Shown here: piece after piece, positions 46,018 to 57,084 of the stretch
Layout of the letters: every line of letters starts with the position of its first letter
How positions within the stretch are numbered: the first letter of the stretch is position 1
Origin: a virus
DNA: 64,000 bases
Virus record (IMG/VR): IMGVR_UViG_3300021963_004241
Location: 47,182-111,181 of that record
Direction: 5' to 3' (one strand)
Notes under the pieces: generated by a model
Databases searched by the model: none
Told to the model about the DNA's origin: nothing
What the model saw: the letters and a program-made list of their open reading frames with translations, nothing else
Made by a program: the position numbers and the translations under genes

Positions 46018-46906
46018 TTTTGTATTTTGTTAGCGGGATATCGGCTGCACAAGTACACCAATCTCTAGTACAAACAATTGGACTGGAAGGAATTTCAAAT
46101 GTTCCTTCGTATATGTTGCCAAGGCTTCCACCGACCCTACAGGTTGCTCTATGTACTTCACCGTTCCAGTTAATCATCAAACTTTCAATTCCGGCATTAC
46201 AAGTCCATCCTTTGAATTGATTCAAGTGATTCTTAATAATATCATTAGCATGTATTATCTGTTGGTCATCTATTCTGCAATTGGGCTTGGCAGTTGCATC
46301 TTGACTTAATAGCCATTCTAGATCGTCACCGTCATATCTTAAATCATCAAATATATTATGATCTCCATCAGTCCATCTTATCCTACGAACAGCATACCTG
46401 ATGCCTAACTCTTGGAATTTTTTCACTACCGTACGAACACTGTGCATGTGTTTATGATGCGCCATTACATTAACATGAAAATCACGCTCGGTGCTGTCAT
46501 AAAACTTAAGAATAGTGTCAAACACTCTCATCCATTCTTGTTCGAAGTGCAGACTGAATACTAAATGATTATAAAAAATTTCGTTATCTAAATACCATTT
46601 ATATCCTCTGGTACCGTTGGTAGTTACGTTAACCCAAAACACATATTTTCTTTTTAAGTATTCTAGAAAATCCTCGATGTCGGGATGAACGCAAGGTTCT
46701 CCACCAGTTAAACTAATTCTTAAGGGTTTACCTATTTCACATAAAGTATCAACTGCTGACTCGAGAACGTTTATATCAGTGTGAGGACTGTAATTATCGT
46801 GTATGCTGCTAGGACAATATGAACAGTCGTAGTTACACCGCTTGCCTAGATTCCACTCTACTTTAAGTTGATCCTGATGTGGCCAAGAACTAGTGATCTT
46901 GTACAA
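46010..46906 (-). CDS. Radical SAM protein
   Basis: CNYDCSYC, GGEP; probable TTG start with GGAG. Confidence 0.9.
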   Translation of the reverse strand: MYKITSSWPHQDQLKVEWNLGKRCNYDCSYCPSSIHDNYSPHTDINVLESAVDTLCEIGKPLRISLTGGEPCVHPDIEDFLEYLKRKYVFWVNVTTNGTRGYKWYLDNEIFYNHLVFSLHFEQEWMRVFDTILKFYDSTERDFHVNVMAHHKHMHSVRTVVKKFQELGIRYAVRRIRWTDGDHNIFDDLRYDGDDLEWLLSQDATAKPNCRIDDQQIIHANDIIKNHLNQFKGWTCNAGIESLMINWNGEVHRATCRVGGSLGNIYEGTFEIPSSPIVCTRDWCTCAADIPLTKYKND

Positions 46907-47882
46907 ATTGTTCTCCCAACTTATCAAATGATCCGCACTGTCTGCTACATTCTCTTAGAGGTTTATTCATCCAGGTAGATTCTATCTTGTGAAAATAGTC
47001 AGAATTAAAAATTTCTTCAAGTGTATTTTCTCTTAGACTAGGTAGCATATCTATTTGATCCATGTAGTCTACTCTGCTTTCGTGTCTAGGAAGTATCCAA
47101 CTAAAATCTAACCAGCAACAAGGACTAATAGATCCCGATGCTCCTATATAAAATTCTTTATTATTTTGCACCTTGCAGTTTATAAAAGGTTTTTCTACTT
47201 TCAATGATTCTACGATTTTAGGAATCATCTCCTTGCTCTTAACTGTTGGTTGAAGTATATGTGTAGTTTTTCCTCGCTCGTCAATGACGTGCAGTTTATC
47301 ATCTTGAAATCTAGATGTGTGTTTAACAGTAAATTTTCTAAATCCTAAATCTTGAGACATAGATCTGCAGGATTCTATCTGGTGTTCATTATGAGCAAAC
47401 GCTAACATAGCCCATTCAGCGTTACCGCCTGCTTGTATAAATGCCCGAGCATTTTCTATTATCTTATCAAAGTCAGTATCGATCCTATACAAATGATGTG
47501 TATCCTTTAGTCCATCGATGCCGAATGCTACCCTTATGTTGAGCTTGGCTAATCTTTCCCACCATTTGATATCTCTAGCACTTCCATTAGTGTGCATATT
47601 CAATATAACAGAAGGATTTATAGATCTAATGTATTCTAATATTTCTAAACAATCCTTGGCAATTATAGGATCTCCAAGATTCCCGCATAGATTAATTCCC
47701 TGTAACTGCTGAATAAAACTTTCAGGAAACCATTTTTTAAATACATCTAGATCAATTTCTGTTATTTCAAACAATGGATTTAATATTCCACCATTGATTC
47801 TTCTAGGACACATAGGACACCTAGCTTGGCATCTTGTGGTTAATTCCAAGTGTATACTTTTTATGTCGGAAAGTTTATACAT
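46890..47882 (-). CDS. Radical SAM/SPASM protein
   Basis: CQARCPMC, GNLGDP, PCC, CSRQC. Confidence 0.9.
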   Translation of the reverse strand: MYKLSDIKSIHLELTTRCQARCPMCPRRINGGILNPLFEITEIDLDVFKKWFPESFIQQLQGINLCGNLGDPIIAKDCLEILEYIRSINPSVILNMHTNGSARDIKWWERLAKLNIRVAFGIDGLKDTHHLYRIDTDFDKIIENARAFIQAGGNAEWAMLAFAHNEHQIESCRSMSQDLGFRKFTVKHTSRFQDDKLHVIDERGKTTHILQPTVKSKEMIPKIVESLKVEKPFINCKVQNNKEFYIGASGSISPCCWLDFSWILPRHESRVDYMDQIDMLPSLRENTLEEIFNSDYFHKIESTWMNKPLRECSRQCGSFDKLGEQFVQDH

Positions 47883-49140
47883 AGTCTTTAAACTCTGGCA
47901 CAGCATCTGTTAGACTTTGATTACGTGTGCTGTCTAATCTTTTATTAAATTCAACAAAGTCGTTCCATAGATGACTTTGATCTTTAGCCTGTAGATAATT
48001 TATATTATCTTTGATTTGTTGTCTTGTTACTTTTTCTAGCAAAGCATTTTCTGTTATAGCTGGAAACGTAAACAGTCTTTGTTCTACTGATTTCAATCTG
48101 TTAATTGCTTCTTCTTTTAACGGTTGAGGCAATACCTGTGCAGATAACACATTAGGGTAACTTACTCTATGACTATAGAATACTATTCCTAATTCGTTGA
48201 TAAAATGATCTACACATTCTGCAGCCTGTAATATATTAGCGGCCTGCGCGGTAAATGCTCCTACTATTCGCGTAACATTTTTGATTTTTTGTATTTCTCG
48301 TATGTTGTTAACAACCAAATCCCAGTTACTGTTAGTGCGTATGTAATTGTAAACATTCCCAACGCCGTCAAGGCTGACATTAACGGCAACTGATCTAAAC
48401 TTAGGCCAATATTCGTGAACACTTCTTCCTCCCTTTATTCCTAGTGTTGTGCCATTAGTGGCATATTTTAATTCTATATTCTTGCCATATGGCTCTAGCA
48501 TATCTAGTATTCGATAATGCTGCGGATCCATTAGAGGTTCGCCGCCTGCAAATTCTACACGTCTAAAATGAGGAAGTAATTTTTCAAAACTATTCCACCA
48601 ATTATCAGTGTTATCAAACGGTCCTATGTATTGTCCGGGAGTCTTAACTAACTTGGCTACAGTAGGTACTAGGTAATTGTTTTCTTTTTCGTAGAAAGGT
48701 TTAACTTCATCCCAATCTTTCCAGTTCGTGCTATCCAACGGATTGCACATTCTACATTTGAGATTGCAAAGATTGTTAAGTTTAATCTCAATAGTAGGAA
48801 ATGTAAATGGCATATTGAAGTTATGATCCATTCCATTTAGTGCGTGTGGATATAAGTTAATACGTGCTTCAGGAATGACGCCATTAATGTGACGCTGGCG
48901 TAGACTTTCAACTCCCTGATCTTCTAGATCGAAACAAGGTTTACAAACTTCAGGTCTTTCATTATGTAAGACCTGTTGCCGGACCAGTTTCATGTTATCA
49001 CTGTTCCACACTTCTTCTAAACTTTGTTCTTGTATCCAACCAATAGGTTGGCTGCGGCAGCATATTTTAATTGCACCGTCTTCGCGTGTTGCTAATCCTG
49101 TAAAAGGATGCATACAAAAGGTTTTACTTGGATGATTCAA
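47875..49140 (-). CDS. Radical SAM protein with N-terminal SPASM/twitch-like domain
   Basis: CMHPF, ICC, CKPC; CNLKCRMC; start uncertain (TTG 49140). Confidence 0.88.
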   Translation of the reverse strand: MNHPSKTFCMHPFTGLATREDGAIKICCRSQPIGWIQEQSLEEVWNSDNMKLVRQQVLHNERPEVCKPCFDLEDQGVESLRQRHINGVIPEARINLYPHALNGMDHNFNMPFTFPTIEIKLNNLCNLKCRMCNPLDSTNWKDWDEVKPFYEKENNYLVPTVAKLVKTPGQYIGPFDNTDNWWNSFEKLLPHFRRVEFAGGEPLMDPQHYRILDMLEPYGKNIELKYATNGTTLGIKGGRSVHEYWPKFRSVAVNVSLDGVGNVYNYIRTNSNWDLVVNNIREIQKIKNVTRIVGAFTAQAANILQAAECVDHFINELGIVFYSHRVSYPNVLSAQVLPQPLKEEAINRLKSVEQRLFTFPAITENALLEKVTRQQIKDNINYLQAKDQSHLWNDFVEFNKRLDSTRNQSLTDAVPEFKDYV

Positions 49141-49804
49141 TTGCCCAGGCTCTTTCTTTACACCAAAAACATTTCCCACAAGTAGGAACATATTGACCAG
49201 GTTGATAGGTTTGATAATCAATACCTTCAAATTCTCCCTCACAACTGCGAGTTAGATTTAATAAATCTTCAATATGATTTTCATAATATTGTTTTACTAT
49301 CCAATCTTTAGTTGTGTGTACGAACGGATGACAAATACTAATTCCATTATGTTCAAAGTACGGAGGTATATGTCCTTCATCTCTATCACTCAATGAGCCG
49401 TCTATCGGAATATTTGGATTTTTGTTTATGCCCCCATATAGTGCATTTAAATTATATTTGTGAGCGATATATTCATTGTGCGATCTCAATATGATTTGAT
49501 TACCGCTTTTCAACTTTCCGTATTCGTCGATAATATTAGGACCTTTGTCTGCCCATTCTAATTCGGGAGGAATTAGATTTCGATGTACATAAAATTTATT
49601 TTTAAAACGTTTCTGAAACCAACCTATTACTTTATCGGCTACGTATTCCTGCCAAGGTCTAGTTTTCCAAAGTCGTATCTGATTGGTAAAATGTATTTCT
49701 GCATCAGTATTAGAACAAATTAAAAATGATAATAGCGCACTGTCTGCTCCACCACTTATGCTAATTCCAATCTTTTTCCACTCGGGGTTAAGGTATAGGT
49801 TCAT
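49124..49804 (-). CDS. QueC-like PP-loop ATPase
   Basis: SGGADS; TRSC...CGKCFWCKER. Confidence 0.75.
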   Translation of the reverse strand: MNLYLNPEWKKIGISISGGADSALLSFLICSNTDAEIHFTNQIRLWKTRPWQEYVADKVIGWFQKRFKNKFYVHRNLIPPELEWADKGPNIIDEYGKLKSGNQIILRSHNEYIAHKYNLNALYGGINKNPNIPIDGSLSDRDEGHIPPYFEHNGISICHPFVHTTKDWIVKQYYENHIEDLLNLTRSCEGEFEGIDYQTYQPGQYVPTCGKCFWCKERAWAIESSK

Positions 49805-49844
49805 AAACGTATTTACATCATTATAGTAGCACATAAATATTTCT

Positions 49845-50516
49845 ATGATTAAGAAGCAACGATGGCAATGCCCAGATGGATTAATTGAGAAGGCCCTTAA
49901 AGAATGTCCTATTCAGGATGATAGTGCGGTACTTAACGAACCAACTGGTAATTTCTTTTATGATGAATGGACTATTAAAGAGATTTATAAGGGCACGGCC
50001 TGGGAAGAAGTTTTAAATACACTTCCCTACACTGTTGGACAGGCACGTATTATCAAATTAGAGCCCGGCGAAAGTTACATGGCACACGCTGATATAGACA
50101 ATCGCTGGCACTTAAATTTAACAGGCGAACAATCTTATCTAATTGATTTAGATAATAAGGTAATGCACGAATGTGTTAGAGATAATCGATGGGCATACAT
50201 GGATGCTAGTCATATACACGCTGCTACCAATTACGGATCTATTCCACGTTTACAACTTGTAGTAAGAGAGCTGCTGTTTACTAGTCGAACTCCGACAGAT
50301 CTAATTGACATTTCTATTGAACCTGCGTATGAACAGCACGATTATAGATACAAGTTTGATAAGATCTTTAGTCCATTTTTAAATCGTGCTAATCAGAAAT
50401 ACAAACTAGCAGACTTTTTTCATAATTCGTCTAAGGTATCATTTAGATTAGAGAGAGAATTGTTAGAAGATTTTAAACAGATAACAACGGACGATTTTAA
50501 AATTAATTATGAATGA
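49845..50516 (+). CDS. Aspartyl/asparaginyl-hydroxylase-like oxygenase
   Basis: PGESYMAHAD, H.ATN.G..PR. Confidence 0.75.
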   Translation: MIKKQRWQCPDGLIEKALKECPIQDDSAVLNEPTGNFFYDEWTIKEIYKGTAWEEVLNTLPYTVGQARIIKLEPGESYMAHADIDNRWHLNLTGEQSYLIDLDNKVMHECVRDNRWAYMDASHIHAATNYGSIPRLQLVVRELLFTSRTPTDLIDISIEPAYEQHDYRYKFDKIFSPFLNRANQKYKLADFFHNSSKVSFRLERELLEDFKQITTDDFKINYE

Positions 50517-51447
50517 AAAAATATTAATAGAAACAAACGTTTCTATAATGGTTAACAATCTTTGTAACATGACCTGTAGTCATTGCACAGGATTAGCAAT
50601 GTATGATTTTCTAGGAACATTTAAGTGGACCTCTTACGAAGAATATTACAAAGAATGGGCTAAGATTTTAGATTTAAAATACATATCCTTGTGCGGAGGG
50701 GAACCATACCTGCATCCTGAATTAGAATTATGGTTTGATAATGTTCGACAGTTATGGCCAGACGCTAGACTAGAAATATTAACTAATGGTACACGCCTTG
50801 CCCAACGAAAAGAACTGTCTAGAAAATTTGTACAAGATCAAAAAACCTGGATACAAGTTTCTTGTCACGATGAAAGTACATTTGAAAAACAAAGAAAAGA
50901 TGTTTTAGACATACTATCTCCCTGGATGGATCGAGTTACTACTATAGAAAAAGAAAAAGTCCATCTCAAAGAATGGAAGATGATAGAGTATTACTTAGAT
51001 GGTCGGATAGCAATACGATTACAGCAGGTAACTGAAATGGCTCCACCGTATCATAAGACGGTTGAAAATGGTATAGTATATTTTGAAATGGGTGGGGATC
51101 AGGAAGCAAGCCATCAGAATTGTGCTTGGAAAGATACATACACATTCCAAAATGGTCGTTTATATAAATGTCCGCCAGTTACAAACTATCCAGAAGCCAA
51201 ATTGCAGATTAGATACGAACCAGAAGCCCAGGAAGTTTTAGAGAAATACAAAGGCTGCAATCCATTTGACGAATATGAATTAATTAAAGAGTTCGTTCAA
51301 CGGCTACCAGAATCGATTCCTGTGTGCAAACTGTGTGCGTTTGACAAACAAAAAGATACATTGTGTTTGAGTATTCCGGTTACACTCGATGCTAGCCGCA
51401 AGAAAAAATTTAGACAATTTAAAATTACCCCAGTAACTACTCCATAA
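50509..51447 (+). CDS. Radical SAM protein
   Basis: CNMTCSHC, GGEP, TNG. Confidence 0.88.
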   Translation: MNEKILIETNVSIMVNNLCNMTCSHCTGLAMYDFLGTFKWTSYEEYYKEWAKILDLKYISLCGGEPYLHPELELWFDNVRQLWPDARLEILTNGTRLAQRKELSRKFVQDQKTWIQVSCHDESTFEKQRKDVLDILSPWMDRVTTIEKEKVHLKEWKMIEYYLDGRIAIRLQQVTEMAPPYHKTVENGIVYFEMGGDQEASHQNCAWKDTYTFQNGRLYKCPPVTNYPEAKLQIRYEPEAQEVLEKYKGCNPFDEYELIKEFVQRLPESIPVCKLCAFDKQKDTLCLSIPVTLDASRKKKFRQFKITPVTTP

Positions 51448-51457
51448 ATATCAGCAT

Positions 51458-51964
51458 ATGACAGACGCAATGAAATACATCGGCAATTTTGCCGAATTTA
51501 TACAAGACGAATGGATAGAAGAAATAATGTCCAAGGACGGAAAAGCCAGACCTAGAGATTGGCCTCCAGCTTTTAAACACGAAAGTGACGAATATAAAAA
51601 GGCTAGAGATGCTGGATATGACCTAGAGGGCGTTCATTGGTTTGTATTTGACCCACCTGATTTAAGTTTTAAATTAAATTTTCCTTTCTTAAAAAACGAT
51701 TATCACTGGTGGGTTACAAAATTGTTACCAGGCCAGTATATGCCTATGCATTCAGATCCTCACGTTTATGAAAGAGATGGTACACGATATTGGATACCTT
51801 TGCAAGATTATCATTCAGGTCACGTGTTTATATACAATGACAAGCTAATGACCGATTATAAGAAGGGCGATGTATTTGTATTTTTAGACTCTTACGATGT
51901 ACACGGTGCTGCTAACATCGGACATCAAACAAGACTATCTTTGTTGATCACTGAATATACATGA
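51458..51964 (+). CDS. 2OG-Fe(II)/cupin oxygenase-like
   Basis: PGQYMPMHSD, HGAANIG..TR. Confidence 0.75.
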   Translation: MTDAMKYIGNFAEFIQDEWIEEIMSKDGKARPRDWPPAFKHESDEYKKARDAGYDLEGVHWFVFDPPDLSFKLNFPFLKNDYHWWVTKLLPGQYMPMHSDPHVYERDGTRYWIPLQDYHSGHVFIYNDKLMTDYKKGDVFVFLDSYDVHGAANIGHQTRLSLLITEYT

Positions 51965-52689
51965 AAATAGGGTTCTTCGGTGATAGCTTCTGTATGGAAG
52001 AGAGTAACTTTCATAGTTGGGGCAATGGATACGAAACTTATATACGTAAACTTAAAAAACATTACGGTGCTAAGGTTGCGTGTCTGGGACACGGAGGAAG
52101 CTCCGGATGGGATGTTATTTTAAATCAATTCCCCCAGCATCGAGACCAGCTCCCGGATGTATGTATTTTTTGTTGGACAGATTGCAATAGATTATTCAAT
52201 GAAAATATTAGGAACATAGGCCTATGGGTGATGGATCCTGAACACAGAAAAGATCCAGTAGTAAATGCTATACATTGGTTTAACAGAAAAACATACGATG
52301 CTGCTAGAGAGTATTACACACATATACACAATGAAAGAAAAGCTGTTAGAGAAATGCAAGCAGCATGGTATCATTTTGATAACACCGTGCTAAAGCCTCT
52401 AGAGAATAAAACTAAAATCATCCATTTATGGAGTTTTGGCAACATACAAAAACGTAACGAGGATCGAACTGTAGATCCAGAAAACGTAACATATGATTAT
52501 AGGTGGTCATCCGGAGTAGAGATACGGCCAGCATTATCTTGTTTTAGATTAGAAGGTCCTAAATTCTTCCACTCAGCTAATCATATAGGCACAGATGAAT
52601 CAAACTCAAAGGTAGCAAATCTAATTATTGATGCTATCGATAACTACGAAACTGGAAAATTAATTGTTTATGATAAATCTTGTAGGTGA
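51961..52689 (+). CDS. SGNH-like hydrolase/acyltransferase
   Basis: FFGDSF, GGSS, ANH. Confidence 0.6.
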   Translation: MKIGFFGDSFCMEESNFHSWGNGYETYIRKLKKHYGAKVACLGHGGSSGWDVILNQFPQHRDQLPDVCIFCWTDCNRLFNENIRNIGLWVMDPEHRKDPVVNAIHWFNRKTYDAAREYYTHIHNERKAVREMQAAWYHFDNTVLKPLENKTKIIHLWSFGNIQKRNEDRTVDPENVTYDYRWSSGVEIRPALSCFRLEGPKFFHSANHIGTDESNSKVANLIIDAIDNYETGKLIVYDKSCR

Positions 52690-52698
52690 TACGCTGCT

Positions 52699-53316
52699 AT
52701 GAAAATAGGATTCTTTGGCGATAGTTTTTGCATGGAAGAAAGTAACCCGCATAGTTGGTTTCTTAATTACGAAACTTATATTAGAAAAATCAAAAACAAC
52801 TATAAAGCAGATATAGTAAATCTAGGTCGGCCGGGTAGCAGCTATTGGGATACTATATTAGATCAATTCACATCTGTAGATACTCCCGACGTGTGTATTT
52901 TTTGTTGGACCAGTCATCACAGAATATATCATCCTGTGGTTAGAAATTTAACTTATTCTACTGTGCTGGATTTAAAGTTAAAAGATATAAAACTTTCTAA
53001 TATATTAAATCACGGTGTAGTTAATGCTGCAAAACATTATTACAAATTTTTGTATGATGATAGAAAAGCTAGAGAAGAAATGATTTCTGCGTTTTATAGA
53101 TTTGATAGAGAAGTATTATCTAATTTAAAAAATACAAAAATTATACACCTATGGTGTTTTGAAAAATCATATGACTGGCAAAATGGAATTACTGTTCCTG
53201 TAATTTTAAAAGAACTGTCAGCTGATAGTTCGCCTTCTGCACCTAATCATTTCGAAGGTGATGCGATTAATTCTAAACTAGCGAATTTACTAATAGAGAT
53301 TATAGATGCCAAGTAG
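52699..53316 (+). CDS. SGNH-like hydrolase/acyltransferase (tandem paralogue)
   Basis: Identical N-terminus MKIGFFGDSFCMEESN. Confidence 0.6.
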   Translation: MKIGFFGDSFCMEESNPHSWFLNYETYIRKIKNNYKADIVNLGRPGSSYWDTILDQFTSVDTPDVCIFCWTSHHRIYHPVVRNLTYSTVLDLKLKDIKLSNILNHGVVNAAKHYYKFLYDDRKAREEMISAFYRFDREVLSNLKNTKIIHLWCFEKSYDWQNGITVPVILKELSADSSPSAPNHFEGDAINSKLANLLIEIIDAK

Positions 53317-54430
53317 GCACAGCAGTAATTATGTTTGCCGATAGGCTGACATTTATATCTGCATCGGGCATTGTATTTTCAATATCTCTTATTAACGAGT
53401 TTTCTTTATATTTTCTATAATTTAAACTGTAGAAAAACAAAGTTCCTTCGTAGTTAAAAATGTTTGATAGATTTATTAGTGTATTGCCTATACTCGTGTC
53501 TACATAATCTAACAAATTATCGTTGCCTAGAAGATCACACTTTACAAATTTGTAATTAGGATATTGCTTCTGCCAATAATCTAAAGAAGATTTGTTGTAA
53601 TCGTACATAATTACTGTTCCTTTATCGGACAGATATTCAGTAAACCACACTCCACTGGCAGGAGTAACAATCTGATCATATTTCTTTATAGGAAGATCTA
53701 CAGTTTCTGTGTTGGCTGTGTGAACAAATGTATCGTGACAGTAGTTTAGTCGATGGTATGCCCAACTTAATTGCTTGTAAAAATCAGCAGGACTTTCAGG
53801 ATAGAAATGTTTTTTATTATTTCTAAGTTCTTCGTCAAACACTAACATAGTAGAATCTTCTTCGAAGCCTTTGCTAAGTATATTCCAACCGTGGCATTGA
53901 TGATGGTACTGCTTAGTATCATCTCCTACGCTGACCCATTTAGGAGTATAGTCGTCGTGCCAGTTTTCAGGGCTACGCCAGGGCATCCACTGCTTGTGTT
54001 TTGCTCCTAATTGTTGTTTTCCTATTTCGGGTTTACCTAGTTGTTTGTAATACTTTAAGTTAATAACATAACATTGGTGATGCAATTCGTAATACGCATC
54101 GCCACGATCTAGTATATGTCCTGCTACAAAGAAATCTTTTGTAATCAGATTTGATAATGCATCAAAGAATGCAGTTCCGTTGATAAATTCTGTACCAGTG
54201 CTGACCACTAATGCAAATTCGTATCCTAATGTAGATACATGATTAATCAGTGCATCCTCATCTACCCATTGAAAAACAGTATAACCTTTTTTGTACAGAT
54301 TAGATAACACTCCATCTGCTTGATTTTTTATTAATTCGCGGATCTCAGGCTGATACTGTCTTGTGTTATCAACAAAACATACAGCTATGTTTCTATCCCA
54401 TCCGGGATTAAATTCTAGAATGTTTATCAT
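53300..54430 (-). CDS. Hypothetical enzyme (possible glycosyltransferase-like and methyltransferase-like parts)
   Basis: 376-aa ORF; function not resolvable by eye. Confidence 0.6.
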   Translation of the reverse strand: MINILEFNPGWDRNIAVCFVDNTRQYQPEIRELIKNQADGVLSNLYKKGYTVFQWVDEDALINHVSTLGYEFALVVSTGTEFINGTAFFDALSNLITKDFFVAGHILDRGDAYYELHHQCYVINLKYYKQLGKPEIGKQQLGAKHKQWMPWRSPENWHDDYTPKWVSVGDDTKQYHHQCHGWNILSKGFEEDSTMLVFDEELRNNKKHFYPESPADFYKQLSWAYHRLNYCHDTFVHTANTETVDLPIKKYDQIVTPASGVWFTEYLSDKGTVIMYDYNKSSLDYWQKQYPNYKFVKCDLLGNDNLLDYVDTSIGNTLINLSNIFNYEGTLFFYSLNYRKYKENSLIRDIENTMPDADINVSLSANIITAVPTWHL

Positions 54431-55163
54431 ACTGTTTTATATAACTGCGAACGACTAACTCTGCAAATTCTTCTTTTTTAATACCAGGTATACCGTGTGA
54501 TATTAAGTGTACTCTAGGAATGTTAGAAAGATTGATAACACTATGATAGTTCCTTATGTTAACAATAAATGCTCGACCTTCTTTAAAAGGAACAACTCCG
54601 TACCCCTCGACTGATAGATAACAAGTATCTGGATGATGGATAGCTATGTTGATTGGTACTCCGAAGTCTAACATATCAAGATTATTTTCACCTGGTAGTT
54701 TTCCAGGTGCATCGCTATGAGGATTAATATATCCGTTAGGTTCTACCTGCATAAATCTTATTCTGCGATAAGACTCGTAAGGAAAATCTGTCCAAAAAGA
54801 TTTTATAGAAGGAGTCTGTTCCGATAAAGATGTCCAATGATAAGGAACTTGAGACTCATCAGTATAGCCATAGTTCGTCCAGGCTCCTGTTTTATCAACA
54901 TCAATACCGTGTATACAACAACTGTTCCATCCCTTGCTGTCTGTTTCTCTATGTGGTACTAATCGAAATTCAGATTTGTCCGATTCTCTTTGCCAGGATT
55001 CTACATCAATGTCTAGGTCAAGTTCCAACCATCCTATCTTAGAATAGTTTAAAATCCATCGGGCAATCTGTAGATTACCGAGAAGGTCTTCTGGTATTTC
55101 TGGAGTCTTCCAAATTATATCTTTGTTCTTCAAATAAAAATCAAATGCTGTTTGGGTATTCAT
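54408..55163 (-). CDS. Aspartyl/asparaginyl-hydroxylase-like oxygenase
   Basis: PNGYINPHSD, HSVIN...PRVH. Confidence 0.8.
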   Translation of the reverse strand: MNTQTAFDFYLKNKDIIWKTPEIPEDLLGNLQIARWILNYSKIGWLELDLDIDVESWQRESDKSEFRLVPHRETDSKGWNSCCIHGIDVDKTGAWTNYGYTDESQVPYHWTSLSEQTPSIKSFWTDFPYESYRRIRFMQVEPNGYINPHSDAPGKLPGENNLDMLDFGVPINIAIHHPDTCYLSVEGYGVVPFKEGRAFIVNIRNYHSVINLSNIPRVHLISHGIPGIKKEEFAELVVRSYIKQYDKHSRI

Positions 55164-55202
55164 ATATGTAATTATCTGCGTATTTAACGAATAAGTAGTT
55201 AT

Positions 55203-56060
55203 ATGACTGCACCACCTAACGATAAAAGATCTCTACCCTATGGCGGATCATTTGCTATTATGGATCCAGAGACTTTGGACAGCCTACCTCAGGCTGTGAA
55301 CATAGATGCCGAGACATTTTGTAAAAGATACTTAGAGTGGATAAAGTCTACTGAACTAAACACCATTACGGGAATAGAAAATTTTCCATACGCTGTATTT
55401 TCCAACGGAACCACAGAAGCATTTGATAAGTTTTATATAAAAAATAACAAAAGACGATTCCGCTGCTTCAAAGGAGAATACATCTATCATCAAGTGACCT
55501 GGAGGAACAGCTGGCCGGATTGGAAATTTATAGAAGATGCACCATTAGAAACTAACGATGCAGTGGTTATCAGTCTACCGTTTAGCGACACAGGTAACGA
55601 GCATTCCAAAATGAGAGAAACTTTGCGTATCTGTACAGAACTTGAAATTCCTGTATTGGTTGACTGTGTATATTTTGGTGTATGTTCTGACATAGATTTT
55701 AATTTTAATTTTGACTGCATTACAGATATTACGTTTAGTCTATCAAAAGCATTTCCTTTAGCATATGCTCGTGTTGGTATGAGACTGACCAGAGAGGACA
55801 ATGACGATTCTTTACTAATGTTGCACAAGATCGACTATACCAATAGAGTAGGAGCAGGATTGGGATATAAAATGATCGAAAGATTCTCTCCAGATTTTAT
55901 TGTTCAGCGTTACAAGAAACATCAAATAGAACTTTGTAAGACTCTTGGTATTAAACCTAGCAATACTGTGTTATTTGGTATAGATGAATACAATCGTTAT
56001 CCAGAATACAACAGGGGCGGTCCAACGAATCGTCTGGGATTATACAAGCACTATGTATAA
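55203..56060 (+). CDS. PLP-dependent (fold type I) enzyme
   Basis: NGTT, LVDCVY, FSLSKAF...RVG. Confidence 0.8.
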   Translation: MTAPPNDKRSLPYGGSFAIMDPETLDSLPQAVNIDAETFCKRYLEWIKSTELNTITGIENFPYAVFSNGTTEAFDKFYIKNNKRRFRCFKGEYIYHQVTWRNSWPDWKFIEDAPLETNDAVVISLPFSDTGNEHSKMRETLRICTELEIPVLVDCVYFGVCSDIDFNFNFDCITDITFSLSKAFPLAYARVGMRLTREDNDDSLLMLHKIDYTNRVGAGLGYKMIERFSPDFIVQRYKKHQIELCKTLGIKPSNTVLFGIDEYNRYPEYNRGGPTNRLGLYKHYV

Positions 56061-57084
56061 GATTGTTAATTTAGAAACATTTGCTGTTTCACAAGACACC
56101 GTTGAAGATTTATTAAAGCAAGAGATAGGTGATAGCAAACATATTTTAGGGTTGTTGTTATTAGATGGATTTCTTTTTAATAACAACTGTAACATAGATC
56201 TAATAGACAACAGCATCGATCTGCATGTAGTTGCAGGCATAGTTAACGACCAACATCAATACAAGAATATAATTCATTTTGATTTTATGATGCACACTGT
56301 TTTTATGGGATATAAAAATAAAGAAACATATACCTGGAATAAAAATTCTAATAAATTTTTATTTCTAGGAGGAGTTCCTAACAGGCCCAACAGAGCAGGT
56401 CTCTTGAATAAATTTAGAAAAAGCGATTTATTAAAAGATTCAGTGTATACATTTTTTAAACCCTGGACTGAAGAACAAGAACAATGGTGTAAAAATAATG
56501 TAGATGGATATGATGAGATAATCGAGCAGTCCATAGACGATGTTTATTCCTCATCTAAGCATTACGGAACTAGTCCTTCCCAGAACGAGTGGACAAAGAA
56601 TATAGGATGGATCGAACCAACAGTTTATAAGAACACCGTATTAAGCATAATTTCAGAAGGTGTGAGCAGCAGTGACTTAACTTCTAGATATCTTACAGAA
56701 AAGACCTATAGAGTATTTGTTCAACGCCATCCATTTTTACATGCTTCTACTCCGGAGATGTTTAGATACATTAAAGAATTAGGATTTAAAACTTTTGAAG
56801 AATATATGCTAATAAAAGATTATGCATACCTAGCCGACGAAGATGAGAGATTAGAAGCCATAGTAAAAAACACAAAGTATTTTTTAGAAAATTATCAAAG
56901 ATTCGAAGATGATATAGAAAATGATATCAACTATAACTACGATCATTTTTTTAAACTGGCAAAAAGTAATGCAGACAAGCTGCTATACATAAAAGATAAA
57001 TTCAACATAGAACAACACGAAATAGACAAGTGGTTTAATCAGACAGGGTTCTCACATTTGATAAGGGCATATAACAATGTATAA
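56053..57084 (+). CDS. Glycosyltransferase-like (GT10-like TEK motif) protein
   Basis: IISE...YLTEKTYR...HPF...GFKTF. Confidence 0.55.
   Translation: MYKIVNLETFAVSQDTVEDLLKQEIGDSKHILGLLLLDGFLFNNNCNIDLIDNSIDLHVVAGIVNDQHQYKNIIHFDFMMHTVFMGYKNKETYTWNKNSNKFLFLGGVPNRPNRAGLLNKFRKSDLLKDSVYTFFKPWTEEQEQWCKNNVDGYDEIIEQSIDDVYSSSKHYGTSPSQNEWTKNIGWIEPTVYKNTVLSIISEGVSSSDLTSRYLTEKTYRVFVQRHPFLHASTPEMFRYIKELGFKTFEEYMLIKDYAYLADEDERLEAIVKNTKYFLENYQRFEDDIENDINYNYDHFFKLAKSNADKLLYIKDKFNIEQHEIDKWFNQTGFSHLIRAYNNV

Noticed and set aside
49124-49804. Definite queC and a complete 7-deazaguanine DNA-modification pathway
   Set aside because: The protein is only QueC-like, lies 40 kb from queD, and no folE or dpdA is visible in the window.
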